From the NCBI GenBank assembly GCA_964505555.1, contig CAZDIO010000102.1, positions 13,355 to 77,354 of the forward strand: 64,000 bases of DNA, in the 5' to 3' direction. The notes beneath the pieces were generated by a model. That model was not told the origin of the DNA and searched no databases. It saw only the letters and a list, made by a program, of their open reading frames with translations. The first letter of the stretch is position 1. The number at the start of each line of letters is the position of its first letter. The stretch comes from an uncultured Bdellovibrionales bacterium. GTDB taxonomy: Bacteria > Bdellovibrionota_C > UBA2361 > SZUA-149 > CAZDIO01. A program made the translations under genes and the position numbers. Of the stretch, positions 56,268 to 64,000 are shown one piece after another.

Positions 56268-57695
56268 TTACCGAAAGAACAAAAACAAAAGAAGGAAAGT
56301 TCCTCCGTTTACCAAAGCGTGAGCAAGCATTGGGGCGATTAGGGAATTTCTCCACTCTCGAAGGAACGCTAACATCATTCCCACGATAGTCAGCGGAACT
56401 ACTCCGATCGGGCCTTGGGGGTGAACTGCCGCAAATATTACGGCTGAGGCAAAGATTGAAAACCCTGCTCCAAAGTGGTCCCGCAGCCATGAATAGAGTG
56501 CACCCCGAAACATGAGTTCCTCAACAAATGGTGCGACTACCACCCCAAGTACCAGTATCAGGAACACTGTTTTATTATCTGCAGAAAGAAGCATCGGAAC
56601 TACCGGATGAGCTCCTTGGTTGAGGTCCACTCCAAGAGCTTCAAGAGCGAGTGAATAAGGAACGATGACAATGAAGATGATCGTCCATAACGCAAGATAG
56701 GAGATAACGGCAGTTCCCGCGTTTCCAAAAAACCATCGAATTCCGCCACAGGTAATTCCTAACATCTTTTTTATCTCTACCCATTGTACCTTAAAAAATT
56801 TGGGCCAAAGCACAAGTAAGGAGAGGCTTACAATACCTACAAGATTTACTAACAAGGGATCTACAGAGGGGTTTCTTACCGCTACAAACCTCAACCCCAC
56901 AGAGGCGATCAACATCCCAAGAAGATAGAGACAAAAGATCTCCAGTCCATAGGGAGAAACACCGGGGACCTGTTGAAACCGAAAGTGAAACTTTCCCCGA
57001 ATAAGCTGTATTCCAAGAATGAGCGCGGAGAGAAAACTTATTACGGCTAAAATAATAAAGATAAAAAGTGCAACGAAAACCTTCATAAAGGTGTAATTTG
57101 CCTCCTCATATAAAGAGGACTCAAGCGCAGACAGCGTTTCCTTTGTGTCTTTTGCCAGAGCTACAACATAGAGCTTTCCAAACCACCCCCAACTGTTTAC
57201 CGCAACGGTAGCTTCTGCTTCGCTGAGGGGTGTATCTTTTGTGAGTATTTCATTCTTTTTAGGATCGTTATTTTGGGATAATTTCCCTCTCAGTTCAGTT
57301 ACAACATCGGAGAGTCCGAAATACTTTGCAGCGATAATCTTTCTTATAAGCAATGCTTGAGCAGAGGCATTATCTGATTTGTTCAATGGAGATTCTGCGC
57401 GGAGGATAGATCGAAACATCTCTCGCGCTTGTGCGCTGACCTCTTTTACCTCCTCTGGGCTATCTGCGATCTCTGTGGGATTTGCTTCGATGTAGCGAAG
57501 TGCACCGATGACCAACTGGGTTTGAATGGTAAAGAGCTTGATCTCTAAATCAGTACGAAAATCAATGGTTTGCGAGGGATCAGGGAGCGTTTTTGGTGCG
57601 GGGGACTTTTGCCAGGAACTAACGATCGTTAGCCCAAGGAGCACAACAAATAGTGATAAAAAAAAATATCTTCTTTTCTTTTCCATAAAGAACAA
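56268..57695 (-). CDS. CPBP-family (CAAX protease / bacteriocin-processing, Abi) intramembrane metalloprotease with a large N-terminal extracytoplasmic domain
   Basis: C-terminal motifs VVAPFVEELMFRGALYSWL, FAAVH and AHALVNGG correspond to CPBP motifs 1-3. The likely real start is MEKKRRYFFLSLFVVLLGL. Confidence 0.75.
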   Translation of the reverse strand: MFFMEKKRRYFFLSLFVVLLGLTIVSSWQKSPAPKTLPDPSQTIDFRTDLEIKLFTIQTQLVIGALRYIEANPTEIADSPEEVKEVSAQAREMFRSILRAESPLNKSDNASAQALLIRKIIAAKYFGLSDVVTELRGKLSQNNDPKKNEILTKDTPLSEAEATVAVNSWGWFGKLYVVALAKDTKETLSALESSLYEEANYTFMKVFVALFIFIILAVISFLSALILGIQLIRGKFHFRFQQVPGVSPYGLEIFCLYLLGMLIASVGLRFVAVRNPSVDPLLVNLVGIVSLSLLVLWPKFFKVQWVEIKKMLGITCGGIRWFFGNAGTAVISYLALWTIIFIVIVPYSLALEALGVDLNQGAHPVVPMLLSADNKTVFLILVLGVVVAPFVEELMFRGALYSWLRDHFGAGFSIFASAVIFAAVHPQGPIGVVPLTIVGMMLAFLREWRNSLIAPMLAHALVNGGTFLLLFLFFR

Positions 57696-57768
57696 TGTGC
57701 ACTCTCTTCGTTTCGGATATATAACTGAGGAAACGTAACATTGTTTGTACGCGAATTAAAAGCTTATT

Positions 57769-58488
57769 TTGGTAACAAGAGTTTTTCATAGGGATTTAGA
57801 ACTGCTCTTCATCAGAGCGGTACGAACCCTTTTTGGCTATATTTTGAGCTCTACAGAGAGCAAGCTCCTTGTTGGGCTCCCCGGTGGAAGAAGTGTCACG
57901 CCGTTTCTTGAGCAGCTTGTGCGGCTTCATGATGAATTAGGAAGAAGGGAGTGGGAGAGACTGCACTTTTTTTTTGTAGATGAAAGAATGGTTTCACTTC
58001 AGTCACCAGAGAGTAATTATCACTTAGTGCAGAGTGTGTTTTTTGAACCTGCCCTCAATGAGGGGTTTCTTACTGAAAGTCAGATTCATCCCTTTATCTA
58101 CGATCAAGAAAAAAAAGATGAGGGACTCTCAGACTATAATGATGCCTTTAATTCTTTGGGGGGAAGGTTTCACATCGTCATCTTAGGAGTAGGGGAGGAT
58201 GGTCATATCGCCTCACTTTTTCCAAAGCACCCTTCGATACGAGAGACCGTTGAGCGATTTGTTTTTACCGAGAACTCACCAAAACCTCCCCTTCGAAGAA
58301 TTACAGCGACACGTTCGATGCTTTCAAAGGCTGAGTGTGGAATGGCGATCTTTGTAGGAGAGGGGAAGATGGAGGCGTATCAGCGCTTCTATAATAACGA
58401 TCTTACGGTAGAAGAATGTCCAGTAAAGCTCTTAAAAGATATTGACGAAATGTATCTCATTACTAATCTCCCCGGTAAGGATGAATGA
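57769..58488 (+). CDS. pgl: 6-phosphogluconolactonase (NagB/Pgl family)
   Basis: LVGLPGGRSVTPFLEQL and HIVILGVGEDGHIASLFP. Confidence 0.75.
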   Translation: MVTRVFHRDLELLFIRAVRTLFGYILSSTESKLLVGLPGGRSVTPFLEQLVRLHDELGRREWERLHFFFVDERMVSLQSPESNYHLVQSVFFEPALNEGFLTESQIHPFIYDQEKKDEGLSDYNDAFNSLGGRFHIVILGVGEDGHIASLFPKHPSIRETVERFVFTENSPKPPLRRITATRSMLSKAECGMAIFVGEGKMEAYQRFYNNDLTVEECPVKLLKDIDEMYLITNLPGKDE

Positions 58489-59705
58489 GCAACACCTCTT
58501 TTCCCAAGCAAAAGTTAAAGATCTTAATTCTTGAAAACATTGATCATATCGCCTGTGTGCGGTTTCAAGAAGCGGGATACTCCCCAGAGGAGATAACTCG
58601 TTCTCTTAAAGAGGATGAGTTACTAGAGGCGATTGAAGATGCTCATGTTCTTTGCATCCGTTCAAAAACCAAGGTCACGAAGGAACATTTAAAAAAGGCA
58701 AAACGACTTCTGGTTATTGGGTGCTTTGGTGTGGGCACCAATCAGGTTGCAACCGAAGAGGCAACAAATCTAGGAATCCCAGTTTTTAATGCGCCCTACA
58801 GTAGCACACGAAGTGTTGCAGAACTTGCGATCGGATGTGTAATTATGCTTGCCCGGAATGCTTTTTCTGCAAGTGAAAAGATGCATCAGGGGATGTGGGA
58901 GAAGAGTTCCTCAGGATCCTATGAGGTCCGAGAAAAAGTTATCGGTATCGTTGGCTATGGTCATATCGGTCAACAGGTGGGGCTTCTTGCAGAAGCACTT
59001 GGTCTTCAGGTACTTTTTTATGACTCCATAAAGAAGCTCCCCCTTGGTCGGGCACGCCAGGTCTCCTCACTTCAGGAGTTATTAAAAGAATCAGATTTTG
59101 TATCGCTTCATGTGCCCGGGCTTTCTCGCGAACTTCTTGGGGCAAGTGAGCTCTCCTTAATGAAGCAAGGAAGTTATCTGTTGAACTTCTCTCGAGGAAA
59201 CACCGTATCTCTTGCCGCATTAAAAGAAGCTCTTCAATCGAACCACCTTGCAGGGGCAGCGATTGATGTTTACCCAAATGAACCAAAAACAAACAAAGAA
59301 CCGTTTCAGTGTGAACTTGCCACCCTCAATAACGTAATTCTTACTCCGCACATCGGAGGAAGTACGGAAGAAGCACAATATAAAATTGCGTTAGAGGTAA
59401 GTGCCTCTCTTCTTGGATATATTGAGTCAGGAGCTACAATGGGCGCAGTGAATTTTCCTCAAGTCAATCTTCCCCCATTTCCAAATTCCCACCGCATTCT
59501 CAATATTCACCGAAACGTTCCTGGGGTGTTGAGTGAGGTAAATAAAATCATCTCCGATCTTGGGGCGAATATAGATGCTCAACACCTCAGCACCTATAAA
59601 GAGATAGGGTATCTAATCATGGATATCAATAAAACACTCTCTGACGAAGTGAGGGAGAGTATCTCACGACTTGATAGCAATCTTAAAACGCGGGTGTTGT
59701 ACTAA
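58485..59705 (+). CDS. serA: D-3-phosphoglycerate dehydrogenase with a C-terminal ACT domain
   Basis: 2-hydroxyacid dehydrogenase NAD-binding VIGIVGYGHIGQQVG and a catalytic His region. The C-terminal part of about 80 aa is ACT-like. 406 aa. Confidence 0.8.
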   Translation: MSNTSFPKQKLKILILENIDHIACVRFQEAGYSPEEITRSLKEDELLEAIEDAHVLCIRSKTKVTKEHLKKAKRLLVIGCFGVGTNQVATEEATNLGIPVFNAPYSSTRSVAELAIGCVIMLARNAFSASEKMHQGMWEKSSSGSYEVREKVIGIVGYGHIGQQVGLLAEALGLQVLFYDSIKKLPLGRARQVSSLQELLKESDFVSLHVPGLSRELLGASELSLMKQGSYLLNFSRGNTVSLAALKEALQSNHLAGAAIDVYPNEPKTNKEPFQCELATLNNVILTPHIGGSTEEAQYKIALEVSASLLGYIESGATMGAVNFPQVNLPPFPNSHRILNIHRNVPGVLSEVNKIISDLGANIDAQHLSTYKEIGYLIMDINKTLSDEVRESISRLDSNLKTRVLY

Positions 59706-59979
59706 CTGACCATCCCTTGGTCATTCCTGTTCCTACGACCCGAATATCCTGGATGATGCGCCCCTTCGCTCGCAACGACAGGATTCTTGCCACCCTTAAG
59801 GTAGAACACTCTAGTTTAGAAGCGAGCAGCGGTTTGACCCATATGGAGAGTTCTGTTACTTCGAGGGCACCTCGATGAGGTGTTGTTATCACTGGTTGTT
59901 CTTTTCATGATTCCAATTTTCTTTGGGTATTTGACTAAAGACATTCCCTTCCTTTCTTACGTTTCGCAAACGTTGGAGA

Positions 59980-60450
59980 GTGCGGGTATGTCTGTCTATG
60001 GGGGTTGAAGAAAGGAGGAGAAAGGCTGTGAATGTTTTAGCGTATGGGACGTTGATGTTTCCTGAAGTTATGGAAGCACTTACCGGGAAGCAGTTTCCCT
60101 CTGAAGCATATGAGCTGAAGGGGTTTGTGCGGAGAAGATTGATCGGCCAACTCTATCCAGGTCTTATAGAGAAGGTTGGAGAAACAGTTTGCTGTTCTCT
60201 CTATTTTGATATCGATCCAGCTTCGTTGCAAATTCTCGATCAGGCCGAAGATCAATGTTACGAACGTAGAATGATGGAGGTTGTTTCGGTATCAAGAGGA
60301 GCTCTCTCCGCGCGAGTCTACGTAATACCTCTGACACGTGCGCGCTTGTTGAGTGAGGAGAGGTGGGATCATGAAGCATTCAGAGAGAGGCACTTAACTG
60401 AGTATGTCATGCTGTGTAAGCAGCATCGACAGAGTCTGGGAAGTCAGTAA
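59980..60450 (+). CDS. AIG2/gamma-glutamylcyclotransferase-like protein. The likely start is the GTG at VNVLAYGTLM.
   Basis: YGTLMFPEVMEAL...GFVRRRL...YPGLIE follows the GGCT-like YGTL...G.......YP pattern. Confidence 0.5.
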   Translation: MRVCLSMGVEERRRKAVNVLAYGTLMFPEVMEALTGKQFPSEAYELKGFVRRRLIGQLYPGLIEKVGETVCCSLYFDIDPASLQILDQAEDQCYERRMMEVVSVSRGALSARVYVIPLTRARLLSEERWDHEAFRERHLTEYVMLCKQHRQSLGSQ

Positions 60451-60677
60451 AGGGTGCGGACGCTAGAGAGTTCTTGGTTTTAAGAAAGGAGGTTAAAACG
60501 AACCATCATAGCGCACTATCCGCACTTTATCTTCCATTTTATCTCTTACGTTTTTCATTCTATTGCTAGAAATTACGAATATCGTTTAAAAATATTTAAT
60601 GTTGTAAAGGGGTTTGGGCAGACTTCGAGAGGATAGGGGGTTTTACTTACAGCGCTTTTTTCAGTCTCGCCCAAAGG

Positions 60678-61130
60678 TTGCCGATACACCCATGGAGCTT
60701 CCATCATAGAGAGGGTTTCTTGGAAGAAAACGAAATAGCAAATTACACCGTACTAGTTGCAGAAGACGAGAGCATATCACTCTATGTTCTTGGAACTCTT
60801 GTCCAATGGGCGGGAGGCGTTCCGATTCTTGTGCGAGATGGAAAGGAGGCATGGGAGTATCTTGAAAGTGGTGCTTCCTGCGATGCGCTCCTTACCGATC
60901 TCAAAATGCCAAATATGAGTGGAGAAGAACTTATCGCAAAAATTCGAAAAACTCCCTCACTTGCAAAACTTCCAATTATTATTGTTTCTGGAGTCAATAA
61001 CGAAGAGGTTGCTCCCTATCTTAGTGACCCTCATACCGCATACTTAGAAAAACCTATCGACCACACCACCTTTAAACGTGTATTGTCAGAAATGACGCCG
61101 CTCAATCCCTTTCGACCGTTACATTCCTAG
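60678..61130 (+). CDS. Single-domain response regulator (CheY-like receiver)
   Basis: VLVAEDE acidic pocket, phospho-acceptor in LLTDLKMPNMSG, and a conserved Lys region (KLPIIIVSG). Confidence 0.75.
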   Translation: MPIHPWSFHHREGFLEENEIANYTVLVAEDESISLYVLGTLVQWAGGVPILVRDGKEAWEYLESGASCDALLTDLKMPNMSGEELIAKIRKTPSLAKLPIIIVSGVNNEEVAPYLSDPHTAYLEKPIDHTTFKRVLSEMTPLNPFRPLHS

Positions 61131-61169
61131 AAAGCGGCTCTCTGGTAAGTAAAACAATAGTTTTAGACA

Positions 61170-61649
61170 TTGATGAGAAACAATCTACCTACCTCCATTA
61201 TTTCTGGTCTTATCTGTGGAATAGTGGGTTTGTTTGCTGTGATGCATAGTGTCGGGATCGGCTTATTTTCGATGGGGTCCTTTCTCAAAGTCCCTGCGTA
61301 CTTACGGGTTATCGTTTCTCAAGCTAAAGAACCACTCGATGTTCAACTAGCTAAGAAGCTCAGTCGACGTGAAAATGTCGATTATCTTTCGCCTGTTCTC
61401 GCCCTTCGTGCTCTTTCTACAAATTGTATCGGTGTAACACAAAAGGCCCGCAGCGCTTTAGAAGAGGAACTCTATTTTTATCGTTATTTCTTGATGGAGA
61501 AGCAATTAGTTTTTACAGAAACGTATGTTGAAGATCAATTGCTTCCATGTTCTCATTTTATTTTAACCACGAAAGAGGCAGCAAATTACGAAACTTCGCT
61601 AAAGACTCTGCAGATATTAACTACATCACTTCGATTATATCAGAGATGA
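61170..61649 (+). CDS. Hypothetical protein with an N-terminal TM segment
   Basis: 159 aa. No recognisable motif. Confidence 0.3.
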   Translation: MMRNNLPTSIISGLICGIVGLFAVMHSVGIGLFSMGSFLKVPAYLRVIVSQAKEPLDVQLAKKLSRRENVDYLSPVLALRALSTNCIGVTQKARSALEEELYFYRYFLMEKQLVFTETYVEDQLLPCSHFILTTKEAANYETSLKTLQILTTSLRLYQR

Positions 61650-63070
61650 AGATCGTTATTCTTCTAAGTTTTTTTCTTCCAGGTTTAGTGCTCTTCTACG
61701 GCGCACGCATTGATTTCGTGTTGAAGGTTCTTTTTGCTCTCGTCTACTCAATGGGAATTACCGTGCTTCTGTATTTAACAATTCTTGTTATCTCACCAGC
61801 ACCGATCGGGACAAACCTCACACTGACAATGCTTTTTGGGATAATGCTTAGTATTTACCTGCGAACAGCTGTTTTTTCCGAAGTAAAGAGAGAACATTTC
61901 CCGGATAATAAGAATCATCAAACGATAAAAAATATTGTGTTTGGATGCTCTTGTCTTCTTTTAGGTGTTCACCTGCTTTCAACACTTGCTGCAATCAAGA
62001 TCTCACCAGGAGTTGAGTGGGATGAGTTTGTTATTTGGAATATTCGGGGAAGGAGTATCTTCCAAACACAATCGTTAGCCGCAAATGTAAACTTCTTAGA
62101 TTATCCAGGATACCCCCCTCTCTGGCCTGCTCTTCTTTCAATCTGTTGGTATTTTGATGAACATTGTACCTATTTTCTTTCCCCCATTCTTTTAATGTTT
62201 ACAGTGCTTTTCTGCCTGCGGTGGATGCAGGAGCGAAGTCGATCAACAGTATTTCAGTTTCTTCTTCTTGGGTTTGCTCCAATAGTATATGGGCACTTCT
62301 TTCTTTGGGGAAACTCCTATCAACTGTATATCCCGTATGCAAATGTATGTGCGGGATGTTTTTTTACGATCGGTGTTCTCTGCTCTCTCTCGTATCTAGA
62401 AACAAAAGCACCACACGAGCTACTTCTTGGAGCGCTGAACTTGGCAGTAACCGTGTTGGTTCGTCCAGAAAGTTTGATCCATGTGTTGATTTTTTTTGGA
62501 TTGTTTACCCCAGTTCTTGTCAAGACCTTTCAAAAAGCGGGGATGGGAAAAAAAATAATTACCAAACGGGTTGTTCAACTGTTTTGTCCTGCAGGTGGTT
62601 TTTGGATCGTCTGGTCGGGATATCGAACGCTTTTTAAACTTGAAAATATCGGAGATCGGTACTTACAACGAGGAATTTCAGAGACATTTGCCATGTCTCT
62701 ATCTGACATAGTGTTTAAAATAAAATCTATTTTTGCCTACAGTTTTACACCATCTCGGCTTATTACTCCTTTTGAAAAGGAATTTTGTTTTTTACTGTTT
62801 CTTGTTTTCTTTATCTTAGGAAGTGGGATGTATTTTGTGGCAAAAAAGAGAGCGATGTTTCCTTCGCTATTTTTAGGGGTGTTGGTTTTTCTGCAGATAA
62901 GTGCGGTAATGATGATCTACTTAGTAACTTCAAACGTTAAGCCAATTGATTGGTGGTTAGTAACAGGCTACTGGCGAATGACCGCTTCTTACATGCTCTT
63001 ACTTTTTGTTTTTCTCTTTGAAACAGCCAATGGGATATTTTCTAGAGTAGAACAACATCACGGCGATTAG
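61547..63070 (+). CDS. Polytopic membrane protein (GT-C-like candidate). The real start is probably near 61649 (MKIVILLSFFLPG...).
   Basis: At least 11 TM segments, between a receiver-domain region and a GT2 gene. Confidence 0.3.
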   Translation: MFSFYFNHERGSKLRNFAKDSADINYITSIISEMKIVILLSFFLPGLVLFYGARIDFVLKVLFALVYSMGITVLLYLTILVISPAPIGTNLTLTMLFGIMLSIYLRTAVFSEVKREHFPDNKNHQTIKNIVFGCSCLLLGVHLLSTLAAIKISPGVEWDEFVIWNIRGRSIFQTQSLAANVNFLDYPGYPPLWPALLSICWYFDEHCTYFLSPILLMFTVLFCLRWMQERSRSTVFQFLLLGFAPIVYGHFFLWGNSYQLYIPYANVCAGCFFTIGVLCSLSYLETKAPHELLLGALNLAVTVLVRPESLIHVLIFFGLFTPVLVKTFQKAGMGKKIITKRVVQLFCPAGGFWIVWSGYRTLFKLENIGDRYLQRGISETFAMSLSDIVFKIKSIFAYSFTPSRLITPFEKEFCFLLFLVFFILGSGMYFVAKKRAMFPSLFLGVLVFLQISAVMMIYLVTSNVKPIDWWLVTGYWRMTASYMLLLFVFLFETANGIFSRVEQHHGD

Positions 63071-63097
63071 TTAGGGTTCTGGAAGAAAGATTATAAA

Positions 63098-63189
63098 ACC
63101 ACAGAGACACAGAGTCGCAGAGAAGATCAACAAAATCCTTTTCTCCGTATTCTATCTCTGTGTCTCTGTGTCTCTGCGTCTCTGTGGTT
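63098..63189. repeat. Family B palindromic repeat, copy 2. Conserved flanks extend the unit to about 63085-63225.
   Basis: aaccacagagacacagagtcgcagagaag ... tctctgtgtctctgtgtctctgcgtctctgtggtt. Flank similarity to copy 1 (gaaagat.tata...ataaa.aatctttaa.tta.tggc.gt). Confidence 0.8.
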
Positions 63190-63459
63190 TTATTAAAAAT
63201 CTTTAATTTATGGCTGTAAAAGCGAGAGGACTTCTATATCTAAATTGTTTACACACTAATCAAGTCGACAATCCTTCTGCAATTGTCTATCCAAAAACCG
63301 TATTTCGACACTATTTCTTATCGTCATGCATCAAAAAAGAATGATCAAAAGCCATAGTTTTGCCTGAATTTTTAGGGAGTTGTGAGTTGTTTTGTAGGTG
63401 ACTGTAATCCGGGCGATCCAGAAGGGCGATAATAATTTTTCAGAAACGGAAATTCCACC

Positions 63460-64000
63460 ATGACAAAAGACCAAGTGTTGGTAGTTGTGCCTAATTACAA
63501 CGGTGGAAAAATCGTATTGGAATGTATCCAATCAATTTTAAAACAAACCTACCCACACATTGAACTGGTTGTTGTTGATAATGCCTCCACAGATGGCTCT
63601 CGTGCTGAAATAGAAAAAACATTTCCACAACTCCGAATCATCGATTCCGGATACAACGCGGGATGGGGTATCGCCTGTAACATCGGAATGAAGGCAAGTG
63701 AAAGCGAATACATCGTTCTTGTAAATAATGACGCTGTTTTAGATCCTCACTGCGTAGAGGAGATGGTCAAAGTTGTTACTTCAGACAAACGTTGTGGTTC
63801 GGTAGCAAGCCGTATTTTGTTGATGGATAAACCAGATACCATCGAAGTATGTGGCTTGGTAATTTATCGAGACGGTTTTTCCTGCGGACGGGGTCGGCTT
63901 GAGAGCGCAAACCGTTACTTAGAAGCTGAAGAGGTATTTTGTGCCAACGACTGTTGTTGTCTCTACCGTCGTGAGATGATTAACGACATTGGAGATTACG
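63460..64000 (+). CDS. Glycosyltransferase family 2 (5' partial, runs off the window end)
   Basis: Manual translation from the ATG at 63460 gives MTKDQVLVVVPNYNGGKIVLECIQSILKQTYPHIELVVVDNASTDGS... No stop before the window end, which is why it is absent from the ORF track. Confidence 0.75.
   Translation, partial: MTKDQVLVVVPNYNGGKIVLECIQSILKQTYPHIELVVVDNASTDGSRAEIEKTFPQLRIIDSGYNAGWGIACNIGMKASESEYIVLVNNDAVLDPHCVEEMVKVVTSDKRCGSVASRILLMDKPDTIEVCGLVIYRDGFSCGRGRLESANRYLEAEEVFCANDCCCLYRREMINDIGDY

Noticed and set aside
56004-56389. ORFs 56004..56249 (-) and 56141..56389 (+) with near-mirror-image translations (…RAKRSNL…VIRDCFAS…).
   Set aside because: Both are generated by reading through the family C nested palindrome on opposite strands. 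This is a repeat artefact, not a gene.

Overview
This 64 kb bacterial window (roughly 45-48% GC by eye) contains three things. The first is a large cell-surface glycan locus (about 950-27,000, with more glycan genes at 53,330-55,671 and 61,547-64,000). It encodes three DegT-type sugar aminotransferases and a Gfo/Idh/MocA oxidoreductase. It also has a hexapeptide acetyltransferase, an NAD-dependent epimerase, two methyltransferases and a split transketolase. A PglC-like initiating transferase, a Wzz-like protein, Wzx- and Wzy-like membrane proteins and GT4 and GT2 glycosyltransferases are present. Several GT-C-like polytopic membrane proteins and a membrane sulfatase or phosphotransferase complete the locus. 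The second is a motility and secretion set: a flagellin with a lytic transglycosylase next to it, a Flp-type pilin gene that the ORF track missed, and a tightly packed injectisome-type type III secretion operon. That operon starts with a sigma-28 (FliA) gene translationally coupled (stop and start codons overlap) to a SctJ/YscJ lipoprotein gene. It then encodes a SctQ-like protein, a separate SpoA (FliN/SctQ-C) protein, two roughly 100-aa needle or rod-like proteins, the FHIPEP export gate (SctV/FlhA) and a TPR lipoprotein. The third is a plasmid or chromid-like maintenance module: a RepA-like initiator on the minus strand, then a 900-bp non-coding AT-rich region, then parA and parB. This module sits among housekeeping genes (icd, a polyprenyl synthase gene, hemD, hemB, pgl, serA). 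Three families of dispersed palindromic repeats punctuate the intergenic spaces. One has six copies sharing about 33-nt arms (core 'tgaacacagagtttcacagggttacacagagt'). Two A-family copies flank a glycine-zipper protein gene, and higBA lies immediately downstream between the second and a third copy. Smaller oddities include a small ORF ending in a CaaX-like box (CLIQ) beside a CPBP/CAAX-family protease. A cysteine-rich secreted peptide lies behind a perfect 20-bp palindrome. A nucleotidyltransferase plus BrnA-like pair and a roughly 180-nt nested palindrome downstream of hemB are also present. All calls come from reading the ORF translations and the DNA by eye. No database searches were run.
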